NCBI GenBank assembly: GCA_963804995.1
Contig: CAWDSK010000003.1
Location: 480,001 to 544,000, forward strand
DNA: 64,000 bases
Direction: 5' to 3'
Origin: an uncultured Acidobacteriota bacterium
Lineage (GTDB): Bacteria; Acidobacteriota; Terriglobia; UBA7540
Shown piece after piece: positions 40,694 to 51,273 of this stretch (the stretch's first letter is position 1; every line of letters starts with the position of its first letter). The translations under genes and the position numbers were made by a program. The notes beneath the pieces were generated by a model that saw only the letters and a list, made by a program, of their open reading frames with translations, was not told where the DNA came from and did not search any database.

Positions 40694-40944
40694 GAGTCTG
40701 GCGGTACGGGAAGCGGTCCGACTGGATATGCTATTACCCCTCACGAACACGTCGACAAACGTCCGGAACGGGGCACAGATCGTAGAGATGTTAAAAATGA
40801 AGGTCGATCCGGGGATGTGTATGAAAACACAGGAGAGGGGACGATTTGTCAGGCTATTTTTCGATCTTTTTGCAGAAAATTCCGGAGTTTTGTGACAATG
40901 AACGGCAATCGATCGGGTTTGTTGGCCGAAAATACACGGATTAC
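40694..40944 (+). repeat. ~250-bp dispersed repeat body, copy A
   Basis: Aligns by eye with 62052-62296, e.g. GATCGTAGAGATGTTAAAAATGAAGGTCGATCCGG is identical. Confidence 0.9.
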
Positions 40945-41194
40945 CCCATAAATCGGGGCGTACCAGCGCCGACCTTTAGAGCCTGCCCTGAGCACCGCGA
41001 AGGGTCGGCGGCACATGCTGAACTGAAGTTCAGCGCTACAAAAGGCCCCGGCTCTCCACGATGTGCCAGAAAGCAAAGAGGGTTAGCGGTGAAGTGGGAG
41101 AATCCGGCAAAAACCTATGTAGCTGAAACTAAGATAGTTAGGTAAATCTGTGTGGCCGCGTGGCGAAAAACGCGGGGGAAAAAATGAAGGTTTC

Positions 41195-41318
41195 CTCCAC
41201 GATGTTATTGAAAACAAATGGTGGAAAAATATCACTTTCGAGGCTCTCCACGATGTTATTGAAAAAACAGGAGTTATAGTCGTCTCTCCACTATGTTTAT
41301 GAAAAGAAAAGGGGTTAT
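41195..41318 (+). repeat. Three spaced copies of CTCCACGATGTTATTGAAAA motif
   Basis: Copies near 41195, 41246 and 41287 in an AT-rich stretch. Confidence 0.8.
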
Positions 41319-41628
41319 TGAACATGGCGGGCAGGAGGATTGAAACATGCATCGATCCGTACACAGGCTCAATATCCCGCTACCTGGTTACTGTGACGAT
41401 GAATGGGAAGTGGCAGGCTGGAATTCTGGGCGAGCGTCTGGGCACTCAGAAACAATGTGCGTGCTTCGGGATGGGAATCGCCTGCACCGAAGATGCGTAT
41501 GCTGCACCCCTACCCTCGTGGCGAGGCGACTTGACGTCGCACGGGAATCAGACAATCATCGATTTGAGAAGAACTACATTATTTGGGCGTAAGCGCCTGA
41601 GACGCGATAATAGCACTGAGGAGCAAGG

Positions 41629-42603
41629 ATGAAAACCATTCGCTATCACGCCATGGGCGGGCCGGAAGTTCTGGTCTTTGAGGAAGTGGAGAAGCCGGTT
41701 CCCGCCGCCGGTGAGGTCTTAGTACGCGTGCACGTAGCGGGAGTGAATTTTGCGGACACGCTGATGAGCCGCGGCCGATACGTGACGCCGCCCAACCTTC
41801 CGGAGACGCCAGGCCTCGAGGGGTCCGGAATCGTCGAGGGAGTTGGCTCCGGCGTCGAGCCGGTCTGGGTGGGGCAACGGGTCGGATTCGCGGGCCGGCG
41901 CACTTATGCCGAGTACACCACAGTACCGGCAACCGCCTTGATCCCCTTGCCCGACCAGGTTGGTTTTGAGGAAGGCGCAGCATTTCCTATTCAGGCCCCC
42001 ACCGCGTATCATTTGCTTTTCACCATGGACCACGTGCGCCCTGGCATGACAGTGTTGATTCATGCTGCGGCGGGCGGCATGGGCCTTCAGCTTATCCAGA
42101 TGGCCAAGCAGGCAGGGGCGCGCGTATTCGGCACAACCTCCACGGAAGAGAAAGCCAGCCTCGCGCGGCAGTATGGCGCGGACGAGGTAATCCTTTATAC
42201 TCAGACGGACTTCGCCGAACGAGTCAAGGAACTGACGGATGGCCGCGGAGTCGACTTGGCGCTCGATTCGGTGGGCCGCGCGACTTTTGCCGGCAGTCTG
42301 CGTGCCCTCGCGCCCTTTGGACATCTCATCATGTTCGGCGCGGCCAGTGGGTTGCCCGAAAAGCTGAATGTGATTGGAACGTTGATGGCAAAGTCGCAGA
42401 AAGTCAGTGCCTTCTGGTTGTTCACCACGCTGAAGACGCCTGGACTGGCTGAGCGCGGGGTTCGGCAGGTGCTGGAATGGCTCAGCAGCGGGCAGTTGAA
42501 AATCCACATCGGGTTGAAACTCCCGCTCGAGCAAGCCGCCGAAGCACATCGAAAGATGGAGGCGCGCGCGACGGTCGGAAAAGTTATTCTCACCGTGAAC
42601 TGA
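41629..42603 (+). CDS. qor: NADPH:quinone oxidoreductase (zeta-crystallin family)
   Basis: GGPEVL, GVNFAD, PGLEGSG, HAAAGG.G, GVD..LDSVG. Confidence 0.88.
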   Translation: MKTIRYHAMGGPEVLVFEEVEKPVPAAGEVLVRVHVAGVNFADTLMSRGRYVTPPNLPETPGLEGSGIVEGVGSGVEPVWVGQRVGFAGRRTYAEYTTVPATALIPLPDQVGFEEGAAFPIQAPTAYHLLFTMDHVRPGMTVLIHAAAGGMGLQLIQMAKQAGARVFGTTSTEEKASLARQYGADEVILYTQTDFAERVKELTDGRGVDLALDSVGRATFAGSLRALAPFGHLIMFGAASGLPEKLNVIGTLMAKSQKVSAFWLFTTLKTPGLAERGVRQVLEWLSSGQLKIHIGLKLPLEQAAEAHRKMEARATVGKVILTVN

Positions 42604-42615
42604 GGGGATTCAAGC

Positions 42616-43914
42616 ATGGGTTTATTTGGGTCAAAGTCGAAAAAGTTGGGCGCGGCAAAGAAGCTCGAGGGCGCGGTGCAATTTCCGGGCGACAAATCGA
42701 TCTCGCATCGTTACGCGATGCTGGCCGCCCTCGCCGAGGGGCCAAGCGAAATCCATTTCTTTTCCACGAGCGCCGATTGCCAATCGACGCTCAACTGTCT
42801 GAAGGGTCTGGGAGTCAGCATTGAGCGCAAAGAGAATGTGGTGAACATTGCGGGGGCAGGCTTGACGGGCCTGCGCGCACCTTCCGGACCTCTCGACGCC
42901 AGCAATTCCGGCTCGACCATGCGCATGCTGGCGGGTGTGCTGGCCGGGCAGCCCTTTCGGACCGTCATGGGGGGTGACGCTTCGCTATCGCGCCGCCCCA
43001 TGAAACGCGTGGCCGATCCTCTCACCCTGATGGGCGCCCGCATCCAGACCGCCGAGGGCGGCCGCCCGCCGCTCGCAATCGAGGGGGGCAACCTTACTCC
43101 CATCCGTTATGAGATGCCCGTAGCGAGCGCGCAGGTTAAATCCGCCGTTCTGCTCGCCGGCTTGTTCGCCGAGGGAGAAACGCAAGTGGTGGAAAAGCTC
43201 CCCACCCGCGACCACACGGAAATTGCGCTCGAGCAGATGGGTGCGGACATCGGCCGCCATCAGCGTACTATCGCCGTGCGCGGCCGCGCCCGCCTGGAAG
43301 GAAAGAAGCTCTACGTTCCCGGCGACATCTCTTCCGCGGCATTCTTCATAGTAGCAGGCCTGATCGTGCCAAATTCCAACCTGGTGCTGCACAACGTCGG
43401 GCTGAATCCCACCCGCACCGCCTTGCTCGATGCGCTGGTCCCCATGGGCGGACACGTCAAAGTGATGAACCTCGAAATGCTCAACGGGGAACTGCTGGGC
43501 AACCTGCACGTGGAGTCGAGCCAGCTTGCGGGCGGTGAAATTCCCGCCGAGCTGGTACCGGGATTGATCGACGAACTGCCGGTGCTTTCCGTGCTGGGCA
43601 CGCAGACGGAGCAGGGCTTGTCGTTTCGCGGAGCGGCGGAATTGCGCGTTAAGGAAAGCGACCGCCTGGCGGCTGTGGCGGAAAACCTGCGTCGCATGGG
43701 AGCTGAGGTGGAGGAGTTTCCGGACGGGCTGCGCGTGGCTGGCCGGCAAAGATTGCGCGGCGCGGAAATCGATCCCCACGACAACCATCGCATCGCCATG
43801 GCCTTCGCAATTGCCGCCCTGGTCGCGGAAGGCACGACGGTTATTAAAAACAGCTCCTGTGTCGATATTTCCTTTCCCGATTTCTTCGATACACTGGCGC
43901 GCGTGGCCGGGTAA
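42616..43914 (+). CDS. aroA: 3-phosphoshikimate 1-carboxyvinyltransferase (EPSP synthase)
   Basis: PGDKSISHR, SAQVKSA, RDHTE, PGDISSAAF, ELRVKESDR. Confidence 0.96.
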   Translation: MGLFGSKSKKLGAAKKLEGAVQFPGDKSISHRYAMLAALAEGPSEIHFFSTSADCQSTLNCLKGLGVSIERKENVVNIAGAGLTGLRAPSGPLDASNSGSTMRMLAGVLAGQPFRTVMGGDASLSRRPMKRVADPLTLMGARIQTAEGGRPPLAIEGGNLTPIRYEMPVASAQVKSAVLLAGLFAEGETQVVEKLPTRDHTEIALEQMGADIGRHQRTIAVRGRARLEGKKLYVPGDISSAAFFIVAGLIVPNSNLVLHNVGLNPTRTALLDALVPMGGHVKVMNLEMLNGELLGNLHVESSQLAGGEIPAELVPGLIDELPVLSVLGTQTEQGLSFRGAAELRVKESDRLAAVAENLRRMGAEVEEFPDGLRVAGRQRLRGAEIDPHDNHRIAMAFAIAALVAEGTTVIKNSSCVDISFPDFFDTLARVAG

Positions 43915-44097
43915 ACTGCCCGGCACAGGTGGCAGAGCTGGAATCCTACAGGCTGAATCAGGACGCCGCCCGCATATCTCCGGGCGTTGTAATTTTGGGT
44001 TATACTGGCGCTGGCGTTACCCGGCTGTCCGTATCCGGTTGGCGAGACAGCGGGTTTCAGATGATCCCGAAGGCTCCCCGCAAGAAAGGACCCCGGC

Positions 44098-45093
44098 TTG
44101 GGATTCGATATCATTGATATCCGTCGGTTTGAGGCCGACGAATTCTCGACCCTCCTGGAAGCCGAATCCGACGCCTGGTACAAGACGCTGCACTGGGACT
44201 TTTCCGCCTCGGTTCGCGTCATCAACGCCTGCCTGCGTGAGAAACGCCTTTCCGGGTACGCCCTGGTACGCGACGGCCAGATTCGCGGTTATTGCTTCTT
44301 TTTTTATGACGGCGGGAAGTCCGTAATTGGCGACCTGTTTGTGCACCCGGAGATAGCAGGTCACGGCCACGAGTGCCGCCTGCTGGATCACGTGGTGGAA
44401 ACGCTCCTGGCCACGCCCGGCCTCTGCCGCATCGAGGCCCAGCTTCCGCATTTCGAGCGAGAAGACCTGGAAGCTCGCTTTCCGCCTTCCCACTTTCAAA
44501 GTTATCAGCGCCGCTTCATGAAACTCTCCTTGGGGAACCAGCCGCACTCGCTTGCGTCTGAAGGGAAGCAAACCGGCGAACCGGCCTCCTCAGAGACCTC
44601 GGCGCTCGATGAATTTGATTTCATCCCGTGGGAAAGGCGCTTCGATGAGGAAGCCGCGAATCTGCTCTATCTGGCCTACCGGAACCATGTCGACGCGATC
44701 ATCAACGACCAGTACGCCTCGGTCACCGGAGCCGCGCGCCTGATCGAAAACATCGTTGGCCTTCAGGGATGCGGCGAATTCCTGTCGCGAGTATCGCGCC
44801 TGGCTGTGCACCGGGCAAGCCAACAACTGGCCGGAATCCTCACCGTCACCCGCATTCGGCCTCATACCGCGCACATCCCGCAGGTCGCCGTGGGTGTAGA
44901 CTTTCAGGGACTCGGCGTGGGGACGGCCCTGATGGATGCGGCATTCCGTGACCTTCCGCAGGAGGGTTTCCAGGAAGTCACCCTGACCGTGACCGACTCA
45001 AACGCCGGTGCCCTGCGCCTCTACCAAAGGTTGGGGTTCGAGACCTTCAAGACCTTCGGTTCGTTCATCTACGGCCACGAGGAGGCTCTGTAG
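44098..45093 (+). CDS. Tandem GNAT acetyltransferase
   Basis: V...FQG.G.G..L and N..A..LY..LGF motifs. Confidence 0.8.
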   Translation: MGFDIIDIRRFEADEFSTLLEAESDAWYKTLHWDFSASVRVINACLREKRLSGYALVRDGQIRGYCFFFYDGGKSVIGDLFVHPEIAGHGHECRLLDHVVETLLATPGLCRIEAQLPHFEREDLEARFPPSHFQSYQRRFMKLSLGNQPHSLASEGKQTGEPASSETSALDEFDFIPWERRFDEEAANLLYLAYRNHVDAIINDQYASVTGAARLIENIVGLQGCGEFLSRVSRLAVHRASQQLAGILTVTRIRPHTAHIPQVAVGVDFQGLGVGTALMDAAFRDLPQEGFQEVTLTVTDSNAGALRLYQRLGFETFKTFGSFIYGHEEAL

Positions 45094-45384
45094 GATTGCG
45101 GAATAGTGTGGCCGGGGCGCCCCTCGTGATTCCTGTCAGGCTGCTCACTTAAGCTTTGTAGTTCCATATTCGACCCTGGCCCCCCTGGGTGCAAAGCGGG
45201 AGTTGTTTTGAATTTACTACCCTCGCCCCCTTTGGAGGAGAGCGTGGCACGAAGCGCCGAGTAAGAGGGTCTGCCAAGAACCGCTTCAAAATTACTCTCC
45301 TGAGGCCCCTTAATCAGCCGATATTGGATTTGAGAACGGGCATGCGAAAAGGCCACTACCTGGTAACGGCCACAGGAGGTCACT

Positions 45385-46860
45385 ATGAAAATCCGCGGAC
45401 TTATCTCTCTTCTTTTACTGGCGGTGGTTTTCGCCGCTGCGGGGCCGCTTTTGGCGCAGCAAACCCCTTTCACAAAAGAGCAGGTCCAAAACCTGGTTCG
45501 CAGCCACCTTGGGGATGAGGAAGCCATCCCTGCCGTCTTGCGGCGAGGCCTCGACTTCCAGCCGGATACCGCCTTCCTCCAAAACCTCAAAGAGGCCGGT
45601 GCGAGTGGCGCGTTCCTTGCGGCGCTGGGTAATGCGAGGAGTGCGGTGCCTGCCGGGGAGCCGGCCAAGAAGCCCCTTAGTGAGGTGCAGATTCTCACCC
45701 TGCTGTCCGGTGAAGTGCCACCCCATCGTGTGGCCATGCTGGTAGAGGAGCGCGGCATTGACTTTGAGCCGGTACCCGCGCAACTGGCGACGATCCGCGG
45801 GGGAGGAGGTAACGAAGAACTTTCCAGAGCGCTCGCCTCCGCGCACGTGACGAAGCCCACGACCGTCGACCCGACGGCGGAGGCCAGGGTAGCCGAGTTG
45901 TATCAACATACGACGCGCGGAGCGGAATACTTTGGGAAGAAACAATTCGCGGAAGCGGAAACGGAGTTCCGTGCCGCAGTCCAGCTCGACCCGCAGGATT
46001 CCGATCTGCATGTCGCGCTTGCCAACACCCTGTCTCACCAGAGCAAAATGGATGACATGCTGGCCGAGGCTCGGGAGGCAGCGCGCTTGAATCCAAGAAA
46101 CGTGCAAGCCCACGTGATGATGGCCATGGCATTGGACGAAAAAGGAGACCTGGCTTCCGCCATTGCGGAGTATCGTGAAGCCGTGCGTTTGAACCCCGAC
46201 TATGAGGTGGCGCACTTTCGCCTGGCCACCGTGCTGAAAGACCACGGCGATGTGGATGGCGCGATTGCCGAGTATCGCGAAGCCCTGCGCCTGAACCCCG
46301 ATGACTCGGACAACCACCTTTTCCTGGGATTGGCGCTGCACGACAAGGGTGACCTGGACGGCGCCATCGCCGAGTACCGCCAGGCCGTGCGGCTGAAACC
46401 CGAAAACTTCCTTGCCCATTTTTCTCTGGGCGCCGCACTCAAGACGAAAGGTGACCAGGACGGTGCGCTTGCGGAAATCCGCGAAGCTGCACGCCTGGAG
46501 CCCACGAATAGCAGTGTGCACTTGGGCTTGGCGGCGGCGCTCTCCGACAAAGGCGACATTGACGGCGCCGTGGCCGAGTTACGCGAAGCCCTGCGCCTTA
46601 ATCCCAACAACGCCACGGCACACTTTGCCTTGGGCCAAATGCTGCTCATCAAGCACGATTTTGACGCCGCGCTGCCGGAGTTTCGCGAAGCCGTACGTCT
46701 GAAACCTGATTACGCTCCGGCCCACTATTTCCTCGGCCTCCTCCTGGACCGCCAAGGCGATCATGACGGCGCGCTTGCGGAGCTTCGCACGGCCACAACC
46801 CTTGACCCCGCTAATCCGGATTACAAGAAGGACTACGAACGCGTCTCGCAGCCAAAGTGA
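45385..46860 (+). CDS. Secreted TPR-repeat protein
   Basis: Signal peptide; about nine 34-aa repeats GD.DGAIAEYREA.RL.P. Confidence 0.9.
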   Translation: MKIRGLISLLLLAVVFAAAGPLLAQQTPFTKEQVQNLVRSHLGDEEAIPAVLRRGLDFQPDTAFLQNLKEAGASGAFLAALGNARSAVPAGEPAKKPLSEVQILTLLSGEVPPHRVAMLVEERGIDFEPVPAQLATIRGGGGNEELSRALASAHVTKPTTVDPTAEARVAELYQHTTRGAEYFGKKQFAEAETEFRAAVQLDPQDSDLHVALANTLSHQSKMDDMLAEAREAARLNPRNVQAHVMMAMALDEKGDLASAIAEYREAVRLNPDYEVAHFRLATVLKDHGDVDGAIAEYREALRLNPDDSDNHLFLGLALHDKGDLDGAIAEYRQAVRLKPENFLAHFSLGAALKTKGDQDGALAEIREAARLEPTNSSVHLGLAAALSDKGDIDGAVAELREALRLNPNNATAHFALGQMLLIKHDFDAALPEFREAVRLKPDYAPAHYFLGLLLDRQGDHDGALAELRTATTLDPANPDYKKDYERVSQPK

Positions 46861-46954
46861 GCAGGGAGATCAGCGAAGTCAGAGGCAAACCGGATAGAGG
46901 CGGTAAAAAGGGGTTCCAGACAAAGGAGTCTGTTTAGAAATCGGCCTCGCGATC

Positions 46955-47020
46955 TGTAGCGGCTATCTCTGATCGCCGAAGTTGATTCCAAAAGCCGGCG
47001 GTCGGAAACCGCCGTTACAA
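46955..47020. repeat. Intergenic REP doublet, same family as the in-frame kinase inserts
   Basis: TGTAGCGGCTATCTCTGATCGCC...GGCGGTCGGAAACCGCCGTTACA. Confidence 0.8.
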
Positions 47021-47296
47021 CCAGGATATTTTCACAACTTCGAGAGCCATGGGGGATAAAAGCAAGAGGAGGAGGGAAGCCTCGGCAGAGGGTACAGAGA
47101 AAATCCACCAATCTAAGTGAGTCTGACGCCCGCTGACACGAGCTGAAGGGTAAACAACTGCCGCTCTCCGACAGCCATCGCCGAGGCGCGTAGTCTGTCG
47201 GCCCTGAGGCTCTAAGCAGGCGTAGTAGGGACGCTTTGGGAGCCGCTCCCGCGAAATCGTATGCGATTGCTGACCAGCTCGGTTCGCTAACTGCGG

Positions 47297-47758
47297 CTAC
47301 TTCCCTTTCGCCTTAAGCAGGTCTTTCAACTCATCCATGAATTCGCGGACGTCCTTGAAGTCCAGGTAGACAGAGGCGAAGCGCACGTAGGCCACCTTAT
47401 CGAGCTTCTTCAGCCGGGCCATGACCAGTTCGCCGAGTTCCGTAGCGGAGCGTTCGCGGTCGGGCGACTCCGCCACGTGCGCTTCCACCTCGTTCACGAT
47501 CAGCTCGAGCTTGCCCATGGGCACCGGTCGCTTCTCGCAGGCCTTTAGCAAGCCCGCCAGCAATTTCTGGCGGTCAAATTTCTCCCGCCGGCCATCTTTC
47601 TTGATGACCATGTAGGGGATCTCGTCAATACGCTCGTAGGTGGTAAAGCGCCGGTGGCATTTCTCGCATTGACGGCGGCGGCGGATGGTATCGCCAATCT
47701 TCGCCTCGCGCGAGTCCACCACTTTATCTTCCACGTGACCGCAGAATGGACATCTCAT
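47297..47758 (-). CDS. nrdR: Transcriptional repressor NrdR
   Basis: MRCPFC..DSR...IRRRR.C..C..RFTTYE, ATP cone, AYVRFASVY. Confidence 0.96.
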   Translation of the reverse strand: MRCPFCGHVEDKVVDSREAKIGDTIRRRRQCEKCHRRFTTYERIDEIPYMVIKKDGRREKFDRQKLLAGLLKACEKRPVPMGKLELIVNEVEAHVAESPDRERSATELGELVMARLKKLDKVAYVRFASVYLDFKDVREFMDELKDLLKAKGK

Positions 47759-47827
47759 GGTGGCCGTTCACCTCGGGGAGTTGGAAACTTTCGCGCCGAA
47801 CCCAGGGGCCGGGCAGCCCGGTTCGGG

Positions 47828-48901
47828 TCAGATTTCTTCCATCGTCACAGCCTGTTTTTCCTCTTCCGCAATCTCCTCCAGCTTGCCGATCGACAGGCCT
47901 TCGTGAATCAGCAGGATCAGTCCGAGCCCCAAGCAGGGGACCGACATCATAATCCAGATCAGTATGCCAGCGCCGGTGGCAGGTTCAACAGCGACGTTGA
48001 AGATTTCGGTAAGGGCTAGAATCACCCCCACTTGGTAGCCACCTCCGATCCCTGGAAGCTGAACGATCAGGCCTAGGGCTGCGCAAAATAGCGTGAGGGC
48101 CGCGGCCAGCCAAGGCAAGCGCCCCAGTCCGTGCCGCACACTCTTGAACACCAACCAGAAAATCGTGACGTTGAGAGCCCACAAAACTACCGTCGTGACA
48201 ACGCTGCCGGCAAGCCCACCCCAGTCACGAATCACTCCCAGACCCTCGCTGAACGAGTGCAGGAACCTGCCGAGCGAGTGCAGCGCGGTTTCTGGGAGAA
48301 AGCGGAACACCTTGAGCGTCCAGGCGGTGATGGTCGCAGCCCTCAACCGGAAAAGCACGAGGCCTAACACCATCAAGCCCGTGAAGAAGAACAACACGTT
48401 GCCACCCTTGTGCATGGCGTGAAGCACAGAGACCCCTTTGGGGGTGGCAGGTCCTACGGGCTCGAAATAAAGGGCCGCTGCAAAGAGTATCACCATGGCG
48501 ATGGTGTCAAACACGCGCTCGAGCAGCCACACCCCAACCATGGCGCTCATGGGGACGTTTTCTTTCTTGGCGATGTAGGCCGGACGCACCAACTCGCCCG
48601 GGCGGCCAACCAGGTAAATCGAACTGAAGCCCAGAATCTGGCCGACGAACAAGACCCACAGGGAGGCGCGCTTAATATGATTCAGAAAAAATCGCCAGCG
48701 AATGGCCCGCAGGAAGTAAGTAGCGTAAACCCCCACCAGGGAAATCAGCAGATAGCCCAGCCGTGCCCCGACAATCGAAGCCCACAGGCGGTCCCAGCGA
48801 AAATTGCGCCACTCGGGATTCCTACTGAGGTTGTAAAAGATCAAGGCGATGACAACGGCTCCCACACCTAAGCCCGCCCATCGTCGCCACGCTTTTTTCA
48901 T
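47828..48901 (-). CDS. Lysylphosphatidylglycerol synthase TM domain (UPF0104) flippase-like protein
   Basis: RAIRW, R.GELVR, LERVFD, PG..G.Y motifs. Confidence 0.82.
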   Translation of the reverse strand: MKKAWRRWAGLGVGAVVIALIFYNLSRNPEWRNFRWDRLWASIVGARLGYLLISLVGVYATYFLRAIRWRFFLNHIKRASLWVLFVGQILGFSSIYLVGRPGELVRPAYIAKKENVPMSAMVGVWLLERVFDTIAMVILFAAALYFEPVGPATPKGVSVLHAMHKGGNVLFFFTGLMVLGLVLFRLRAATITAWTLKVFRFLPETALHSLGRFLHSFSEGLGVIRDWGGLAGSVVTTVVLWALNVTIFWLVFKSVRHGLGRLPWLAAALTLFCAALGLIVQLPGIGGGYQVGVILALTEIFNVAVEPATGAGILIWIMMSVPCLGLGLILLIHEGLSIGKLEEIAEEEKQAVTMEEI

Positions 48902-49031
48902 AGAAAGGATCCGCCGAGGTTGTTCTCAGCAAAACTATCCGAAGGGCTGGGGGATGTCAAGCAAGGGCGTGGTACAAAAACATCTCGGGCACACCTTCCC
49001 CCCTATGATACGGGCTGCACCCCTCGCTCTC

Positions 49032-51035
49032 TCATTGCCTCAAATACTTGTCATACCACTCCAGGATGCGCTGAAGCGAGTCAATCTGGTGCGGACGCTC
49101 GTGAAAGCCGTGGTGCTCGCGAGGGTAGGTCACCATCTCCACCGGCACGCCCAGCATCCGTAGACCGTTATAGAACTCCCACCCCTGCTCGGTGGGCACC
49201 CGCTCATCCGCTTCGCCGTGCAGAACCAACGAGGGCGTATGACAGTTCTTCAGAAAGGTCATGGCCGAGTGGCTGTCGTAGTCCGCCCGACGATTGAACG
49301 GGAGATCGAGAAAATAGTTGCGCAGGAAGGTGGGCGTGATATCGGTGTTGCCATCGAAGCTAAAGAGGTTGGTTACCGCTGCTCCGACCACCGCCGCCTT
49401 GAAGCGATTCGTCTGGGTCACCGCCCAGGAGGTCATATACCCACCATAACTTGCCCCACCGATGCCCAGACGATTCGGGTCGGCAATCTTTTGCGCAACC
49501 AATTCGTCGACGCCATCCATGATGTCGTGGAAGTCCCCGCCGCCCCAATCGTCGCGGTTGGCCTCCGCGAATCTCCAACCCTGTCCCGTGGAACCACGTG
49601 GATTCGGCATGAAAACCACGTAGCCGCGCGAGGCGAGCATTTGCGCCCACACGTTCGGAGTGCTCATCCACCCGCACCACCAGAATGAAGCGGGGCCGCC
49701 GTGAATCTGCACAACCGTCGGATAGGTCCGGCCCGGCTGGAAGTCGGGCGGCGTCACCAGCACGCCATAGATCGTGAGGCCGTCCTTCTTACTCTTCCAG
49801 CTGATTTCTTCGGCCTGGCCCAGCCGCCACTCCTTGACCTGGGGATTTAAGTCCGTAAGCTTGCGGGGCGTGCCCCCCGCAGCATAGGCCCAGACCTCCG
49901 GCGGTGAGTCCGCGGTCCCGCGGGCATAGGCGAGCGTCCTCCCATCGGGGCTGATAGAGAAACTGGGCGCCGGCACGGCCGTTTCAATAGGAATTTCCGT
50001 AATCGATCCATCCGAGGAATTCACCCGAAGAAATTTGTCGTGCGTGTGCACACTCGTTTCCGCCAGCAGGTGGTTCGAATCTGATTCCCATTCGAAAGAT
50101 CTTACAGTGCCCGCATAATCTTGGAGCAGCGGCCGGACAGCTCCGCCTTTGGCGGGCGCTACTACCAGCCAAGATGCGATTCCGCTCGGCGAACGTTCTT
50201 CGAAGGCAAGAGTTCTCCCATCAGGCGACCAGCGCAGCTCACTGTCCACTTTGTCACTCAGCGTGCGCACAATTTCTCCATCCAGCCGCCTCACGATCAC
50301 CAGGCGCGCGTGCCAGATGACATCGTCGTTGCGGGGAGTGGAGGAAACACGCGCCGCAAGCTCCGTACCGTCAGGCGACCAATCAAATCCGTTCACTTGT
50401 AAGTCCTGCTTGGTCACCTGCTCGGCTTTGCGATCGGCAAGCGTTACCACCCACAAGCGCGCGAATTTGTACTCGTGGTCGGCGAAGTGCTCGTCGAAAC
50501 CCTCCTTGTGCCTTTTCAGCTCGGCCTCCGTCTCTGGATCCAGAACCGTGAAGGCGATCATCTTCCCGTCGTGCGACCAGCGCAGGTCCTGAACGTCTCC
50601 CTTGACGTGAGTAAGTTGGTCTGCCTCGCCACCCTCGGTGGGTAAAAGGTAGACTTGGTTCTTCGCATCTTTTTCTTCGCCCGCGGGTTCGCCACGGTTC
50701 GAGAGGAACGCCAGGTAGTGGCCATCCGGGGACCAGCGGGGGTGCGTGTCGCTCTTGGGACTGGCAGCGAACAATCGTGCCGGCTCGCTGCCATCAACAG
50801 GCACAACCCAGATATTCGTGTCACCGGCTTTCTGAGGTTTGGCGGGATCGGCCGGTTCGGTCACGACGAAGGCCACCCGCTTGCCATCCGCCGAAATCTG
50901 CACGTCACTCAAGGTGCGGACATCGACCACGTCCTCCGGCGTAATGGCCCGCTTTTCCTGCCCGATCGCAAGGCTCGCCACCGCCAAGTAGAACCAGCAT
51001 GCAATACCCAGGACCCTATTAAGGCCAGGTATCAT
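49032..51035 (-). CDS. S9 family peptidase (acylaminoacyl peptidase-like)
   Basis: IHGGP, NPRGSTG.G, GASYGG, HGEADERVP, REHHG. Confidence 0.92.
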   Translation of the reverse strand: MIPGLNRVLGIACWFYLAVASLAIGQEKRAITPEDVVDVRTLSDVQISADGKRVAFVVTEPADPAKPQKAGDTNIWVVPVDGSEPARLFAASPKSDTHPRWSPDGHYLAFLSNRGEPAGEEKDAKNQVYLLPTEGGEADQLTHVKGDVQDLRWSHDGKMIAFTVLDPETEAELKRHKEGFDEHFADHEYKFARLWVVTLADRKAEQVTKQDLQVNGFDWSPDGTELAARVSSTPRNDDVIWHARLVIVRRLDGEIVRTLSDKVDSELRWSPDGRTLAFEERSPSGIASWLVVAPAKGGAVRPLLQDYAGTVRSFEWESDSNHLLAETSVHTHDKFLRVNSSDGSITEIPIETAVPAPSFSISPDGRTLAYARGTADSPPEVWAYAAGGTPRKLTDLNPQVKEWRLGQAEEISWKSKKDGLTIYGVLVTPPDFQPGRTYPTVVQIHGGPASFWWCGWMSTPNVWAQMLASRGYVVFMPNPRGSTGQGWRFAEANRDDWGGGDFHDIMDGVDELVAQKIADPNRLGIGGASYGGYMTSWAVTQTNRFKAAVVGAAVTNLFSFDGNTDITPTFLRNYFLDLPFNRRADYDSHSAMTFLKNCHTPSLVLHGEADERVPTEQGWEFYNGLRMLGVPVEMVTYPREHHGFHERPHQIDSLQRILEWYDKYLRQ

Positions 51036-51273
51036 ACCGCCCTCCTGCCAGGAATGTGCTTTCAGCCCGTCGGCGCTTTGTAAGGTGTCGACGCGCCGAA
51101 GCTATCGCAAAGGGGGGGAACTGTCAATCTGCACGGGGGAGTTGACTTAAGTCGTTCCTTTGCTCGCCGCCTGCAGACACGCTCAGATGGGGCGGAATCT
51201 GGCAGGATTGTGCTGTTCATCTGCGGCGAGAGCCAAGTGGCTTGCGAGTTCACGGCTCTGCGAGGTTGCCGTT

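Noticed and set aside
41195..41318. Three spaced repeats as a mini-CRISPR
   Set aside because: Only three short degenerate copies with unequal spacing, and the motif recurs in dispersed repeats
43929..44117. Small ORF between aroA and the GNAT gene
   Set aside because: No recognisable motif; cannot be supported
47120..47296. Possible structured RNA in intergenic regions (also 21900-22050, 51790-51880, 56960-57290)
   Set aside because: Only isolated hairpins; no tRNA, riboswitch or known ncRNA signature recognisable by eye
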